Assembly (NCBI GenBank): GCA_016748015.1
Contig: JAAOMT010000762.1
Span: forward strand, 310,001 to 374,000
Direction: 5' to 3'
Length of the DNA: 64,000 nt
From: Geosiphon pyriformis uo1
Taxonomy: Eukaryota; Fungi; Glomeromycota
Positions 10,544 to 24,486 of this stretch are shown one piece after another (the stretch's first letter is position 1; each line of letters opens with the position of its first letter). The translations under genes were made by a program, and so were the position numbers. The notes below the pieces were generated by a model. It did no database searches, was not told where the DNA came from, and saw only the letters and a list, made by a program, of their open reading frames with translations.

Positions 10544-13500
10544 ATAATTTAATATGAAAAATAGCCACATGTAATTTCAAGGGTATGAACAATTCAGCAA
10601 AACAAAAGAACATTATATGTTGGCACAAAGATATAAACAATTTGGTTTCAATTCTTACTGAGACAAAGTTAAAAGATAAGGTTCGGCCTTGGATTGCTAA
10701 TAAATTTGATGGTGTTCAGATCTTTGTTTCTGGTTTGGATTCTGGTTACCTTGGTTCTGGTGTGGCAATTATTATGGACATCATTCTGGTGAAACATGTA
10801 TGTAAAGTTTTTGAGATTTCTGGTCATCTTTTGTCTGTCAAGCTGCTTTTCAAAAATAAGCTTTCAGTATCAATTCTGGGTTTGTATGCTGGTGCTTCAG
10901 TATCTGCACACTTCTTACAAGCAGATGAGATAAATTCTTTGATTGCTAAAGCTGTTAATGAGTCCTCTTTTGTGATATTAGGCAGTAATTTCAATAAAGA
11001 TGGCTCTCACAGATGTGCTAGTTTCAGGAAATGTTTTGATTTGGGTTTGGTCAATGCCTTGGGAGGGAGCTTGTTTGGGAAGAATGCAACTTGGACCAAT
11101 TTTCGAGGGGTGACCAAGATTATTGATTACATGTTTGTGTCATTAAGCTTGGTCAACGCAATCTTAGATTGTAGTGTAACCAGAGTTGATGAATATTTTG
11201 ATACTGATCATAGGGCTGTTACTGTTTCTGTGGGCCTGGGTGGTTTTTTAGATGTTAATTTGATGTCTCTTCACAGACAGGCGAATAAAAATTGTTGGAA
11301 GTTCAATTTTAAGGATGCTATGACTGCCAAATAGACTGCATTCAAGGATTTTTCTGCTGTTACTATGGCAATGTTTAAGTGTGAGTTTGATGCTGCTTTA
11401 TTGTTTTTAGATCTGGATGCTATGTAAGACGTCATCCACAAGATTGTGTGCTTATCAGCGAATGATGTTTTCAAAAAAAAATGGTTCAAGAGTTATGATA
11501 ATGTGTTTACTAAGGAATCTTCTAAGTTTCACAAGTTAGAACTTTTAGTGTCTAAACTAGTTAAAGTGTCACATTTGGCTTCCTCTGAGGAATTTGTTGC
11601 ATTACTGGGTACGTGAAACTTATTGGATGCTACAAATGCTTCTGTGGTGGAGTCTTTTTTTCGGGGTCGCATTTTGAGGTCATAAGATCTGTCTTGTTCA
11701 GAGTCAGGAAGTTGTATTGTTCCTTTAAATTGTCCGAGTCGAAGCATGCTGAAGAATTTCATATTAGATTAGCAGTTAGTAGGAGGATGGAAAGTTTTAA
11801 GATAGATAAGAGTCATACAATTAGAAGTGTGCTTGAGTGCTCCTTTTACAAGGTGGTATTGGATTACTTGGTTGTCGATGATGAACTGGTTTTGGATCTT
11901 GGTTTAGTTAAATCTAAAGTGAATGTTATCATGGAGGGCTGGACCAGAAAACGCAAGTTGGTTACTGATATCTCTGCTGACTGGTGTCACCAGTACCAAC
12001 CCTTAGAGTATGTATTTGATGATGCATTTTCGAGAATAATGGACTCTATTGGTTCTGTTGAGTTGCTTGGTGTTGTTTCGGACTTGCTTAATGATAAGGC
12101 TGCTGGTTTGTCTGGTATTTCGAACGAGCTTTGGAAGCATTGTGATAAATCGGTTCTGAATATGTTGTTGGTACTCTTGAACTCTTGTTTGCTCCATAAG
12201 TCAGTTCTTGGTTCTTGAAAGGAAGCCTAGGTGTCTATGATCCCCAAGTCTTATGAGTGGGAGGGAGTTCTTATGAACACCCGACCCATTGCTTTGATTG
12301 AAACCACTCGTAAGATCCTTTTAAAGATTTTTTCGGATAGGATTTCTTTGGCATGCAGTATTCACAACATTTTCCATGAGGACAATTTTTCGGGTTTGAA
12401 GGGTATAACAACACAGTTTCCTATCTTTGCTGTTGGCTCGGTGGTTGAGGATGCTCTGGAGAAGAACCGTGAGCTTTGGCTGGTTTTGTAGAACATGAAA
12501 AAGGTCTATGATTCTGTTGGCTGAGAGCATTTAAAAAGGAGTCTGATTAGGATTAAAATGTGTGATAGGTTCATTTAATTTTTTGTTGGCATTCACAATA
12601 ACTGAGTCAACAGAGTAATGACTGACTTTGGCTTAATTGATGGTTATCAAGTCCATGATGATCTTGATCAAGGGGAAGTGTTCTCACCTCTTCTCTGGCA
12701 TATATTTTATGATTCTTTTTTGTGTGAAGTCAAGAGGCAAGAAGAATTTTGTGGATATAGATTGAATTCTCATTTTGTTGCTAAGACTGGCCGTGTTGAA
12801 CTTCAGGCTGGTTTTTCCTCTTTTTTTGCTGCTGATGCTTTCATGGACAATACAATTTGGGTCGGCAGCAGTCAGACTGCAACACAACACATTCTTAATA
12901 TTGCTAGTAAATTTTTTAGAATTAATAATATTTCAATAAACAATGATAAAACAGTGGCAATTCCCATTAACTATAGGGTTGTGAACTCTTTTCTAACAAT
13001 TAGTGATGCACCTATTTCTATTGCCAAGAAAAAGGAATCTTACTGGTATTTGGACATTTTTCTGTCTACAGGTGGTTTGTCAAAGCCCAGTTTGGCCAAG
13101 GCGCATTCGGATGTCCAGTTTTTCACCAATCTCGTCCTGAAGAAAGCATCTCTAATAAGCAGTTCTCATATTTGGTTTCAGTGGTTTTTCACTCCATTAT
13201 CAGTTATAAAATGCAGTTTAGTTTTGTTCCACTTAGTGTTTGCTGTAAATGGGATGCTTTGATTCGTAAAGACTTCAAATCCAAAGTGGGTCTTTCTTCG
13301 GACTTTCCCAATAATGCTCTTTATCACCCCTCCCTTTATGACTTAAAAATGTTTGAACAGATTCAGGCTAAGAGTAAATCAGCATCCGTAGTGTGTTTTG
13401 CCAATGCTGTTGGAATCCTGAGTCATTTGTTTCTCCATAGATCTTATGACTTACAGACTCTTAGCTGGCGTCCTGTACACTTTTTGGTCTCTCCAGCTTG

Positions 13501-15226
13501 TTTAAAATTGAATTCCTCAAACAATTTTCTGGCAGGTGTGGTTCGTATTTTTGCCGATTGCAGTTTATCTTTTAGTAGTCTTGGCCCCAATGCATTCTGA
13601 TTCTCCCACAGCACTCCCATGTCTTTGGTTCTTGGGGAGGTGAAATTTTCTAAGTGTTTCTTCTCACTTCGACAGTATGGAATTGCCTTTGTGAAACAAT
13701 TGTGTCATTGCAATGGTAGTGCTTTTGATTGGAAGACTTTCAAGCATTGGAAAAGACTGGACCCACGTGGTCCTATTCCTGATTGGTTTAATGTTTCTGT
13801 TGGTTATCTTGGTAGTGTGGAGTCATCTTTTTCTGTTCATGACTGTTCGGTGGATGTTTCTTTTGCTCCTAATGTCTTGAAATCCACTAATTTTGATTTA
13901 GTTTGTAATCGTTTGTTGGGATTGGGTGCTGATAGCCTTTTAGTATATACTGATAGATCCTTGGTTGGTTTGAGTACTCTCAGTGTTAAATCAGGTGCGG
14001 CAGTTTTCTTTGATGATATTAATATGAGTTTGGGTGTTAGGGTATTGGGTTTGTTGTCATCTACTTTGGCAGAATTGCAAGCTATTGCATTTGCTCTCGA
14101 GTGTGTTCCTGTGGTTAGCAAAGTTTGCTTATTTTTGGATAGTCAGGCCGCGTTGAATGTCTGCAGGTCGGAATTGGGTTTGGTGCATCTGGATTTTCAG
14201 AATAGTTGTTGGGTGGAGTGTCATCATATTGCTAATCTTGTTCATGCTAAAAGGTTAGATGTCAGCTGGTGTAAGGTTAAGGGACATTCTGGTGTTGTAG
14301 ATAATGACCAGGCTAATAAACTGGCTGGCCATGCAGCTCTTTTCGATTTTGTTCTTCTCCTCCGGCTGAATGAGTGGTTTATCCTGGCTGGTGGTAGTCC
14401 TGTTTTGGGTAATTCTAGGCATTTTGTGCATGACATTTATCAATCTATTCACCATTTGCATTGGGGTTTTGGTTCAGGTACCAGAGTTGTCACTGGCAAC
14501 TTGCTCACTAATATTAATTAATGCAGATCTTCTTCTGTTTGGCATCCTGATTTACACATGGCTGCTGGCTTTACTAGTAAACAGACTGCTGGTTTGCGTA
14601 CGTATTTCATGAAAGCTTTACATTATAAGCTGCCTGTGGCTGTTCACAAACGCCTCTATGATAGGAGTTACCCTAGTGTGGTTTGTTTGTATTGTGGATG
14701 TGTAGAGGTCTCAGACTATGTCTTTTCCTGTGATTCTGACTTTGCTAGTCATAATCAGCTGCTTAGTGATTTTGCAGTTAAATGAGAAGATATTTCTGGC
14801 CTTTGTTGCCCTTCTTTTCATGTGCTGCGAACTCTTTCTTCATGCAATTTTGACATCTCAGTCCGTGTTGCTCTATGCAAAGGCTTTGTTTTTAATAATT
14901 GGTTTTTTGAGGCAGTTTCTGTTTTTGGTAATCTGAAACTTGCTGGTGCGAAAATTGTGGACTTTGTTTGAGATTTTTGCCTGGCTTTTAGAGATGAAAT
15001 TTGGTTGGTTTATGTCAAACATCATGCCTTTATGGAGAAACATGGGTTAATTCCTCGAGATGGTTCTATGCCAGTTTCTATTCTTGGTCTGTCTTCCCTG
15101 TATTTGGCTGGGGTTGTCAGGTTGTTGGGTATTGACAATGCTTTGGGTATTAGGTTTGGTTTGTGTAAATTTAGTTTGTTCATTTTTGGTGCTTTAAATG
15201 CAGTTTCCATTTATATAGATACATAG
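10540..15226 (+). pseudogene. E3 ORF2 (endonuclease-RT-RNase H-Zn finger), disrupted
   Basis: TETKL, TDH, RPIAL, DQGEVFSP, FMDNT (decayed FVDD), YTDRS, AELQA, KGHSG, CLYC. Confidence 0.93.
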
Positions 15227-15363
15227 TGTTGTTCTGATTGGCCTGAGTGGCTAGTCATATGTAGAAAGTGCATGATTCATGCCTAATTTAAATCAATTAT
15301 TTGATGTATAGCATTAGATAGTGTTTGGACTTCACTCAATAAATGTAAAAAAAAAACAGACTA

Positions 15364-16243
15364 TGTTTTTAGTATTGTCTAATTTGTAATCTTATCAATA
15401 TATATCTTTGAACTATATAATTGATAATGTCTTCTTTAAAGTTATAAAAAAAATTGGCATGAAAGATTTAGTTTGGTTATTAATGATTTATTAAATAACA
15501 AAACTACTAATCTGTTTAATATATCTAATAAGCTTTAAAAATATTATAATAATTTGGTATTGGAATGTTTTTTGGATCTGTTAAACTCTTGTTTAATTTT
15601 GAATAATGTTTTAATTTTTTAAAAAAAAGCATAAGTTTTAATAATCTCTATGTCTTATGAATAAAATGGCATTTTAATGAATATATAACTTATTGTTTTA
15701 ATTAAGACAGCTAAGAAAATTCTGCTTAAAATTCTATCTAATTATATTTCAAATATTTGTAGCAGTTTTGATGTTTTTCATAGAGATAATTTTACAGTTT
15801 TAAAAAGTATATTAACTTAATTTTTTGTATTTATTATTAGCTTAGTAGTTAAAAATGTTCTGAAAAAAAACAGAAAACTGTAGTTAGTTTTATAAAATAT
15901 ACACAAGATTTATAACTCAATTAAATAGTATCATTTAAAAGTTAGCTTATAATATATTAAATATATAATTGGTTTATTAGTTTTTTTGGTAATATATATA
16001 AAAACAAAACAAATAGAATAATAACTAATTTTGAGTTTTTTTATAATTATAAAATACATAATAGACTAGATAAAGTAAAGTTTTCTTTTTTTTTTTGAAG
16101 GATTTTTTATGATTTTTTTTTTGTGTAAGATTAAGAAACAAAAATATTTATACAAGAACCAAATTAATATTAAGTTTGTTATCAAAACTAACAATGAAAA
16201 ACAGTAAGAAAAGAACTTTATTTTTTACAGCAGACATTTTTAT
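15364..16243 (+). mobile_element. E2 segment 2 of 4 (RT core)
   Basis: Resumes the E2 reading after the E3 TSD with decayed RT homology (IKTAKKILLKILS, KNVLKKNRKL*LVL). Ends at FTADIF, just before the catalytic DD. Confidence 0.88.
16231..16243 (+). repeat. TSD of E4, left copy (CAGACATTTTTAT); right copy 23066-23078
   Basis: Exact 13-bp direct repeat flanking E4. Confidence 0.92.
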
Positions 16244-16375
16244 TTTTTATTAATGCAATTAACAAATAAAGCCCAACTGCTATCTAGTATATAAAGCCAA
16301 ACTAAGAGGCTTAAATTAAATGCAGCTCACACACTTTCTACATGTGGCTAGCCACTCAGGCCAGACAAAGCAACA

Positions 16376-19300
16376 TTATACACCTAAAAGAACATGCGGA
16401 TTACCATCCAAACCAGAGAAAAAGAGACAAGACCTATAATGGCCAAAACTAATAGCAAAAGAGTTAACAATGCCAAGCATCCTCACCACCTTGTTAGACA
16501 ACAAAGAGTTCATGCAACAAGACAAACCAGAAATCAATGTGTTATCACTAATCAAACCCACCACCTTCATTTTCACTCTGTACGCAGACTTCACCAACCA
16601 GGCTTTTGAGTGATACAACTCAACAAAATGCTCAACAAAACCAACTACAACACTAACAGCCTCCTTTTTACTTTCGAGAACCTCCATAGCCTCTGCACAC
16701 CAATCCCTCAGCACAAATCTCTTACATAGGATAGAATACAAGCCAATGTCCAAAAAACACCGATCAAGAGACTGCAAAACAGCAGAAAACAACAAGCTAC
16801 AAGATCCAGCAAAGGACATCCAGTTAGCAGAAGCAGTAGCCAAAACCTCCCTCCAAATCTCCACATCATGAAAACACATGAAAACATGATCTGACAACTC
16901 CATCTCATGACACAGCAAACACAGCACACCAAGGTAACATTTATCATACAGCTGTTTCCTTACCACCACAGGCATCCGATGGTGCACAGCCTTCATTAAA
17001 TAGGTGCAAAGACAGGAAGATCTTCAACTAGTAAAACCAGTAAGCATATGCGAATCAGGATGCCATACTCTAATGGTAGCTTCCCAATCAACAGTATTAA
17101 TCAACATGGCAGGAATCATGTTTCGACTAAGGCCTGCCTTCCACCAAGCATGACAAATGAATCTAAACAAATCCCGAACAAAATGACAAGTGTTGTCAGA
17201 CACAGGTGTGTCTTCAGCAACTAAAAAATGCTTACTGACACCAACAGGCAAAGAAATCAAGAGAGAGCAGCGTCTCCAGCAGCAACATCTGCCCTAACAT
17301 TGCCATGAACTCTAGAATATTCCTTAATCTTGACCCAATGAATAGAAAGATCTTTGTCACAAACCAAATTAAAAATCCAGTGCCTCTTCAACCAACATGA
17401 AGAGTGAAAATCAGACACAGATAATGACATTTCAGAAACACATGCATCAATGGCTGTCTGACTATTAGAATGCAATACAACAGAATAAGAAGAAGGAATG
17501 CATTTCAAAGCCAAAGTGATGGCCTGCAGTTTGGCCATAGTAGAAAACAACAGCCCAAGAACCCTAATGCCAACACTCAAATCAATCACAGGAAAATAAG
17601 CAGCTGCTCCATTGGCTACATCAACATGTCCATAATTCCTAACAAAACCATCTGTAAAAACCTCAAAAGAATCAGACCAAATCTTATGCAACCCATCCTG
17701 AACAACAGAAAACTCTTTGGTATCCAAAATGCTTAAACTAGAAGGACAAGCAGACTCCACAGAGACAGCCATAGAAGTGCCCTTACCACAAAGAAACTTA
17801 GACACCATCTTAAACCAGTGAGGAACAGAACCCCTAAGATCTAGCCTCTTCCAGTGCCAAAAAGTCTTCCAACTCATAACACACCCTTTTTTGTCAAACA
17901 GTCTATCACCAAAAACCATACCAAACTGCTTCAATGAATGAACAGAATCGAGGAATAGAGACCCCCTTAGAATGGAAAGCACAGAAAAGTGACCAGGACT
18001 ATAGAACATATTAGGCAAATTATTGGCCAGAGACAGCTCATTACACAAAAAAATCCTAACCACACCAGCCAGAAAATTATTTACAGGACTAATACACAAT
18101 TTAACAGAAAACTGTAAAGGGTTCAGAAGAGACCACTCCAGAACCTGCAAATCAAGAAACCTATGCTCAAACAAATGTCCAAGAACACCAAAAAAATTGG
18201 AAAACGAGATCAAGGCAGCCAATTTTTCTTCAGATTGCACCTGCTCAAAAAATTTTAGGCCATACAAAGAGGGATAACACAAAGCCTCAGTGGAGAAATC
18301 ATGAGGCAAACCAGCTTTGGACTTAAGACTCTTTCTTAACATCACATCTCATTTGCAATATACAGATGATGAAACAAAACTGAACTGAGTACAATAACTG
18401 ACAATAGGCTGCAAGACGGCTGACACCAAATATAAGAACTGCTTATTAGTAATAGCCTTTCTAAGAACCACATTAGTAAAAAAATGAACATCAGAATGTG
18501 CTTTGGCCAGACTTGGCTTTGAAAGCCCATCAGTAGATAGAAAAATCCCCAGATAATGATGAGTCTCATCTTTCTTAGCAATTAAAATAGGAAGACCACT
18601 AATACACAAAAAAACAACCCTAACACCATGATTGATTGGAATGGCCACAGTCTTTTTGTTGTTGATAGAAATGTCATTAAGAGCAAAAAACCCACTTGCA
18701 ATGTCCAAAATATTCTGAGTAGCAGTTTGACAGTTTCCAACCCATATTGTATCATCAACAAAAGCACCAGCCACAAAATAAAAAAAGAACCCACCATCAC
18801 TCTCAATATGGCCTGACCTCGAAACAAACCTGGAATCTATTCAGTATCCAAAAAACTGTTCATGCCTTTTAACTTCACACAGAAGTGGGTCATAAAAAAT
18901 TCTCCACAAGAGGGGTGAGAAAACCTCACCCTGATCCAATCCATCACACACCACATAACTATTTGAAAGCCCAAAGTCTGTTATTACCCTGTTAACTCTA
19001 TTCTCATGGATGTTACCAAAAAATGACACAAATTTCTCACACATTTTGATACACTGCAAGCTTGCCCTCAAGTGGTACCATCCAACCAAGTTATATGCTT
19101 TGCACATATCCTACAAGACCAACCAAACTTTCCTGTTCTTTTTAAGGGCATCTTCAATCACAGACCCAATTGCAACACCGGAGATTGCATAAAAGTACTC
19201 TTAAGCACCAAGAAATTATCACCTTGAAGAACACTGAACTTGCTGCATGCCAAAAAAATACGATCTGACAAAATCTTGAAGAGAATTTTCCTGGCCATTT

Positions 19301-21065
19301 TGATAAGAGCAATGGGTTGAGTGTTCATAAGAATTCTATCTCAGTCATAAGGTTTAAGGATCATAGAGACCCAAGCTCTTTTCCACAAAACAAACACATC
19401 CCCCACAGTCAAATATGAATTTAGCAAACCCAAAAGACACTTCAATACTATGTCACCACAGTGCTTCCACAACTTATTAGGAATACCAAACAGACCAGCA
19501 GCCTTGCCATCAGATAAATTGTTAACCACCAAAAGCAACTCACTTATATTGATCAAGCACATCACACCTGAAAAAGCATTATTCCTTACATAATCCAACA
19601 GAGCATACTAACAAGCCCAGACATCAGGCACAACTAAAAGCACCGTCCTCTTCCTAATCCAGCCTTCCATAATCTCATCAACACCAAGCTTCACCATACC
19701 CAGCTCCAATACCAATTCATTATTAACAACCAAATGATTGAGAACTATCTTGTGGAAAAGCTGATCCAACACATTTTTAATCATTGCACCCTTATCAGAA
19801 CAAAATTTTTCCATATGACACTCAATGGCCTTCCGAACAGAAGCTTTCTCAGCCAACTTTGACTTGTACATCTTGGATTTCTTGTATTCCTTCTGAAATA
19901 ATGACAATTGTTTTAAGACATCTGAAGACTTGCCACCAATCTGGATTATATTAGCAATTATGACAGCCTTACCACTATTCAGTTTGGCCCAGACATTGAT
20001 AAGCTGATTGACTCTTCACAAATCACCTAATCTCAGTTCTTTAACAATTTTAGCAACTAACAGTTCTAACCTGAAAAACTTAGAAGAGAATTTGTTCCTG
20101 GAACACTGAAACTTACTAAACCAATGCCTTGAAAATATCTTATCCACTAAATCTACCAACACTTTTTCCAAAAGTACCCACATGCCATCTACATCAACAC
20201 AAGCCAAAGTGTCTGAAAATTCATCAAACACAGCCAAAAGCTTGGCAGAAGTGCAGTCCCTAAACCAAGACTATTTGGTCCCATCAGCAGCCTTAATGAA
20301 AAACTTCCAGTAATTCTTGTTAGCCTGTTTGCACAAGCTATTTAACCGGCTATTCAAAAGGCCGCCCAAACCAACAGAAACAGAAACTGCATAATGATTA
20401 GTATCAAAAAAGTCAGAAATAGAGCCGACCCCATGGCCAGTGACAGCAGAAGCCAAACTCTCACTAACAAAAATGAAATTAATAGTCTTTTCAACTCTCT
20501 TAGAATTGCTCCATGTAGAATTACTGACCAAAGAGTGGCCATTAAACAAATTAACCAAACCCAATCCCAAACAGAATTTGAAACTCATGCTTCTTCCAGA
20601 TCCATTTTCATTGAAATCCCCACCCAAAATAATGAAACAGCTGGAGTTAACAGCCTTAGCAATGACAGAGTTCACTTCAGAAGCCTAACCAAAATGAGTT
20701 CCAGAAGATGCACCCACATACAAACCAACAACAGACACTGAAAGCTTATTCTTAAATAAAAGACACACCACCATGACATGACCAGGAACCTCCTCAATCT
20801 TAGCAACATGACAGGCCAAGGAGTCGGCCATAATAATAGCCACCCCAGCACCAAGAAAACCCTTATCCAAACCTGAAGAGAAAATTCGCACACTGTCAAA
20901 TTTATTTGCAATCCATGGCCTAGTTGAAGACCTTAACTTTGTCTCTGTAATGATTAAAATCAAATTTCCAGAATCAAAATGCCAGTGCACAACAACCTCT
21001 TGTTTAGCAGGGATGTTAATGTCATGAACGTTACATGTAGCTACCTTCCAAACCAAGTCACTTAT
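16376..21065 (-). pseudogene. E4 ORF2 (endonuclease-RT-RNase H-Zn finger), disrupted
   Basis: WKVATCNV, TETKL, GGDFNE, GLDQGEVFSP, AFVDDTIW, FTDG, KLQA, CLLCHEMELSDHVFMC. Confidence 0.93.
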
Positions 21066-22921
21066 TGGGACAAAGAGGCCAAAAACAAACCCAAACCAGA
21101 ACACAAAAGATCTAACTTCACCAGAATTGAACCAAACAAAGCTTCTAGAGCAGACATCTTAGATTCCAAACCACCTATCTTGGAGGTAAGAACTTTTGAA
21201 CCACTTGAACTGAGAACAGTAGCAGACCCACTACTACCAGAAAAAAGAGGATCAGCCAAAGCCAACACATCATTTATAGCCATATTTAAATCCACAACTG
21301 GAGCCAAAGGCACAGAAACAGCCAAAAAAGGAGCACAAGAAGAAGCCACCAATAGCACCAGGTCAACGAAACTCAATTTTTTAAGAATAACAGAAACTTG
21401 ATCTGAAAGAATCTCCAAAGAGCGCTCTAATACCACCAAATGATCATTTAAACCAACAATCTGATAACTAGAAAGGCCCACAATGGGAGGCATGCCACCA
21501 GAAAACAAACCAGAACTGGAAGAAGAACCACCAGAAGAGGAGGCACTAGACACCACTTGAGCCCATAATTTGCCACCAAAGGCAATAGGGCAAGAGATGA
21601 GAACATTTTTTTTGGCATACAATCTTGCCAGCTGAAAATGATTCACACCAAAAGAAGGTCTTTTCAACAACTTGGAAGATACAAAAGATAAAACATCAGA
21701 GACATCACATTCTAGGACTGAATAACCAAAATGCCCACACTTCCCACACTGAACCAAATCTAACTTAGCCCAAAAAAGACAAATGCCACTGAAAATAGGC
21801 TCAGTGAGAAAAGCAGATTCCAACTCTTTATTAGATTCAAAACCAACCACAGCACAACAAAACCTATTGCCGGTTTCCAAAGAACAATTGATGATGCAAG
21901 TTTTTCCTTCAGCACTTTCCAAAAGAGTACTAAAATCATGTGCAGTTGTTCCCACTGGCAAAGTAAACAACAGCACTCTAAACTGATCTCTAGATGTCTA
22001 GACATCATGATCCCCTGCAGCTTTGACAACACATACTGAATCTTTTCCGATCAGGAATGACTATTTTGATGCCAGCAGATTGGCTTGACTAGATTTGGCA
22101 AACTCAACTACAGTCTTTTGCCACATTCCAATTAATTGAATTCTGATTGACTTAATTTCACCAAACTCGGTGACTGTGGTGACAATCATATCCTTAGGCG
22201 TGTCCATGGGAATTTCTTTGATTACCACAGCCTGATCTGAATGCACTCTTTGTTTTTTGAGATTGGTATTTACAACAATCTTATTTTCTCTGGCCAATGA
22301 CACAGCCATTTCCATGCTCTTTTTTGATGTAAACATTAATCTGATGATCCCTTCAAATTTTGAAGGGGTAGTGACTTCCCCAAAACCATTGACTGTTGAG
22401 AAAATTTTTTTAATTAACTGAGTCTTAGTTGTTGCTGATTTACCCTCTACAGCTGAGAGATTAATATCCAAAGCAAATGACTTTTTAACTGACACTTCCA
22501 CAGAAGTCTTGATAATTTTAGGGTCGATTTATTTCTTTTTTAAAGAGATAGACAAGCAAGAAGGGAGCACAACTTTATCATCATCCATATGAAAATTAGG
22601 AGAGCCAAGCGAAGAACCAAAACCAGCACCAGTGTTGACTCGCTTTGCCTTGGGTGTAGTAGCCGCTGAACCTAAAAGAAACCCACCATTTGTCCCAGAC
22701 ATGTTAACATCCTCATCCTCACCAGAGAGACTCTCCACATCAGAATATACACTGCCACTAGATCCAGTTTTGCTCAAAGATATATCTTTTTTATTACCAG
22801 AATGTTTTACATTACCAAGAACAACCTTTTTCTTCTGAGAAAAGAAGCCACTAGCAAGACCTTGAAAAGCACCCTTAGGAGCCTTCTTCTTAGGAGTGGT
22901 GCTACTAGTAGTAGTCTCCAT
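21062..22921 (-). pseudogene. E4 ORF1, disrupted
   Basis: ORF fragments 22529-22921, 22061-22501 and 21062-21976. Knuckle CGKCGHFGYSVLEC (His decayed to Tyr). Ends SQ*. Confidence 0.9.
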
Positions 22922-23078
22922 ATCTATGAAAAATGGGTTACTATTAGGTAAAAAAATATTGATATAAACTAAAAAAACGAAAAACTTTGTTTCCCAGAAA
23001 ATGTGCTTTTTGGAGATTTGTGGAGGTAAGAGAGAAAAAAATTTTGTTAATGTTTTTTTTTATCACAGACATTTTTAT

Positions 23079-24355
23079 AGATAATACAATCTGAATTAAA
23101 AATTGCCAAGCTTTTATTTAATATATTTTAGATATTGTTAATAAATTTTTTAGAATCAATAATATTTTAATTAACAATAAAAAAACAGTAACTATTTTTA
23201 TTAATTAAAGTGTTAAAATAACTTTATTAAAGATTAATGGCTTACTTATTTTGATTGCTAAAAAAGATAAACTACATAGATACTTAAAAATTTTTCTGTT
23301 AATTAAGAGTTTGTTTAAACTAAATATGGTTAAAATTCATTTTAATATTTATTTTTTGTTAATACTGTGCTGTAAAAAATAATTACAAATAAATAATTTT
23401 TTTATTTGGTGTTAGTTGTTTTGTAGTCTATAGTCAATTATTATTTACAATTTAGTTTTATTTCAAAGAATATGTGTTATAAGTAAGATATTATAATTAG
23501 AAAAAGACTTAAATTAAAGACTAACTTATTATAAAACTTTTTTAATAAAATATTTTATTATTTTTTTTTGTATGATTTAAAAACTTTTAAACAGATACAA
23601 GCTAAAATAAAGTTAGCTTTAATAGTTATATTTTTTAATGCCAAAGATATTCTTAAATATTTTTTAATTATAAATTCTTGGATTTATAGATTATAAAATA
23701 GATTCTTTTAAATTTACTACAATATTTTGTCAGATTGCACATTAATTTTATAAACAATTTTTTGACTAAGGTGGTTAAAATTTTTTTTAACAATAGTATG
23801 TTTTTAACAAATATTTTGCTTAATGTATTTTACAGTTTTAGTAAGTTTTTAATATCAAATATCTTAAAAAGTCTTTGTATTATAGTTTTGTTTATTTTTT
23901 GAAATATCTTAGTGTTGTATTTGGTAACAGGTTCTTAGATAAAAAAACTGTATTATAAACTAAAAAACATTTTACAAATAGAAAAAGTTAGATCTATAAA
24001 GACTTATATCTTTTTAGTTTGATTGTATATTTAAGTTTATATATAAAAATAGGTATTTAAGACCAGATTTTGGCTGTATTAAAGGTTTGTAATATTTAAG
24101 TATTTTGAAATTTGAAAATTTTTTTGATGTATAAAAGCATTTGCTTAATATTTAATTAAATATATTTAAAGTATATACTAATAAGTTTTTAAAAATTTTG
24201 AATTCTACTAAGATTGTTTGTAAGTATTATTTATTTTTCTGTTATAAATATAGATATTAAGATTAAAATAAATGGAATTTTGTCTTTTATATTGGCCAAG
24301 TTACAGATTGTTGCTTTGATATTAGAGTGTATTTCTGTTTTTATATTATAATTAT
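23079..24355 (+). mobile_element. E2 segment 3 of 4 (RT C-terminal part to RNase H)
   Basis: Resumes at (ADIF)IDNTI* and runs to LAKLQIVALILECIS (RNase H helix). Confidence 0.88.
24344..24355 (+). repeat. TSD of E5, left copy (TATTATAATTAT); right copy 31201-31212
   Basis: Exact 12-bp direct repeat. Low complexity, but host RNase H homology is continuous across it. Confidence 0.85.
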
Positions 24356-24486
24356 TTTTTATTATTATTATTTAACAAGTGAAGCACAATTACTATCTAA
24401 TACAATACAATTATCTAAAGTTCTAAATTAAATGTAATTTATGTATTTGTTATATGTAACCAGCCACTCGGCCAATTAAAACTACA

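Larger units (their letters stand above)
8560..15349 (+). mobile_element. Full-length LINE copy E3 nested in E2
   Basis: 5' leader, ORF1, ORF2, 3' UTR and A tail, bounded by a 14-bp TSD. Confidence 0.95.
16244..23065 (-). mobile_element. Full-length LINE copy E4 nested in E2 (antisense)
   Basis: Minus-strand ORF1 and ORF2 fragments, conserved 3' UTR at ~16255-16375, 13-bp TSD. Confidence 0.95.

Noticed and set aside
422-15226. Alternative genetic code (TGA=Trp) or stop readthrough explaining the broken ORFs
   Set aside because: Trp positions show TAG and TAA as well as TGA, Gln and Arg codons also become stops, positions differ between copies, and frameshifts occur. This is mutational decay.
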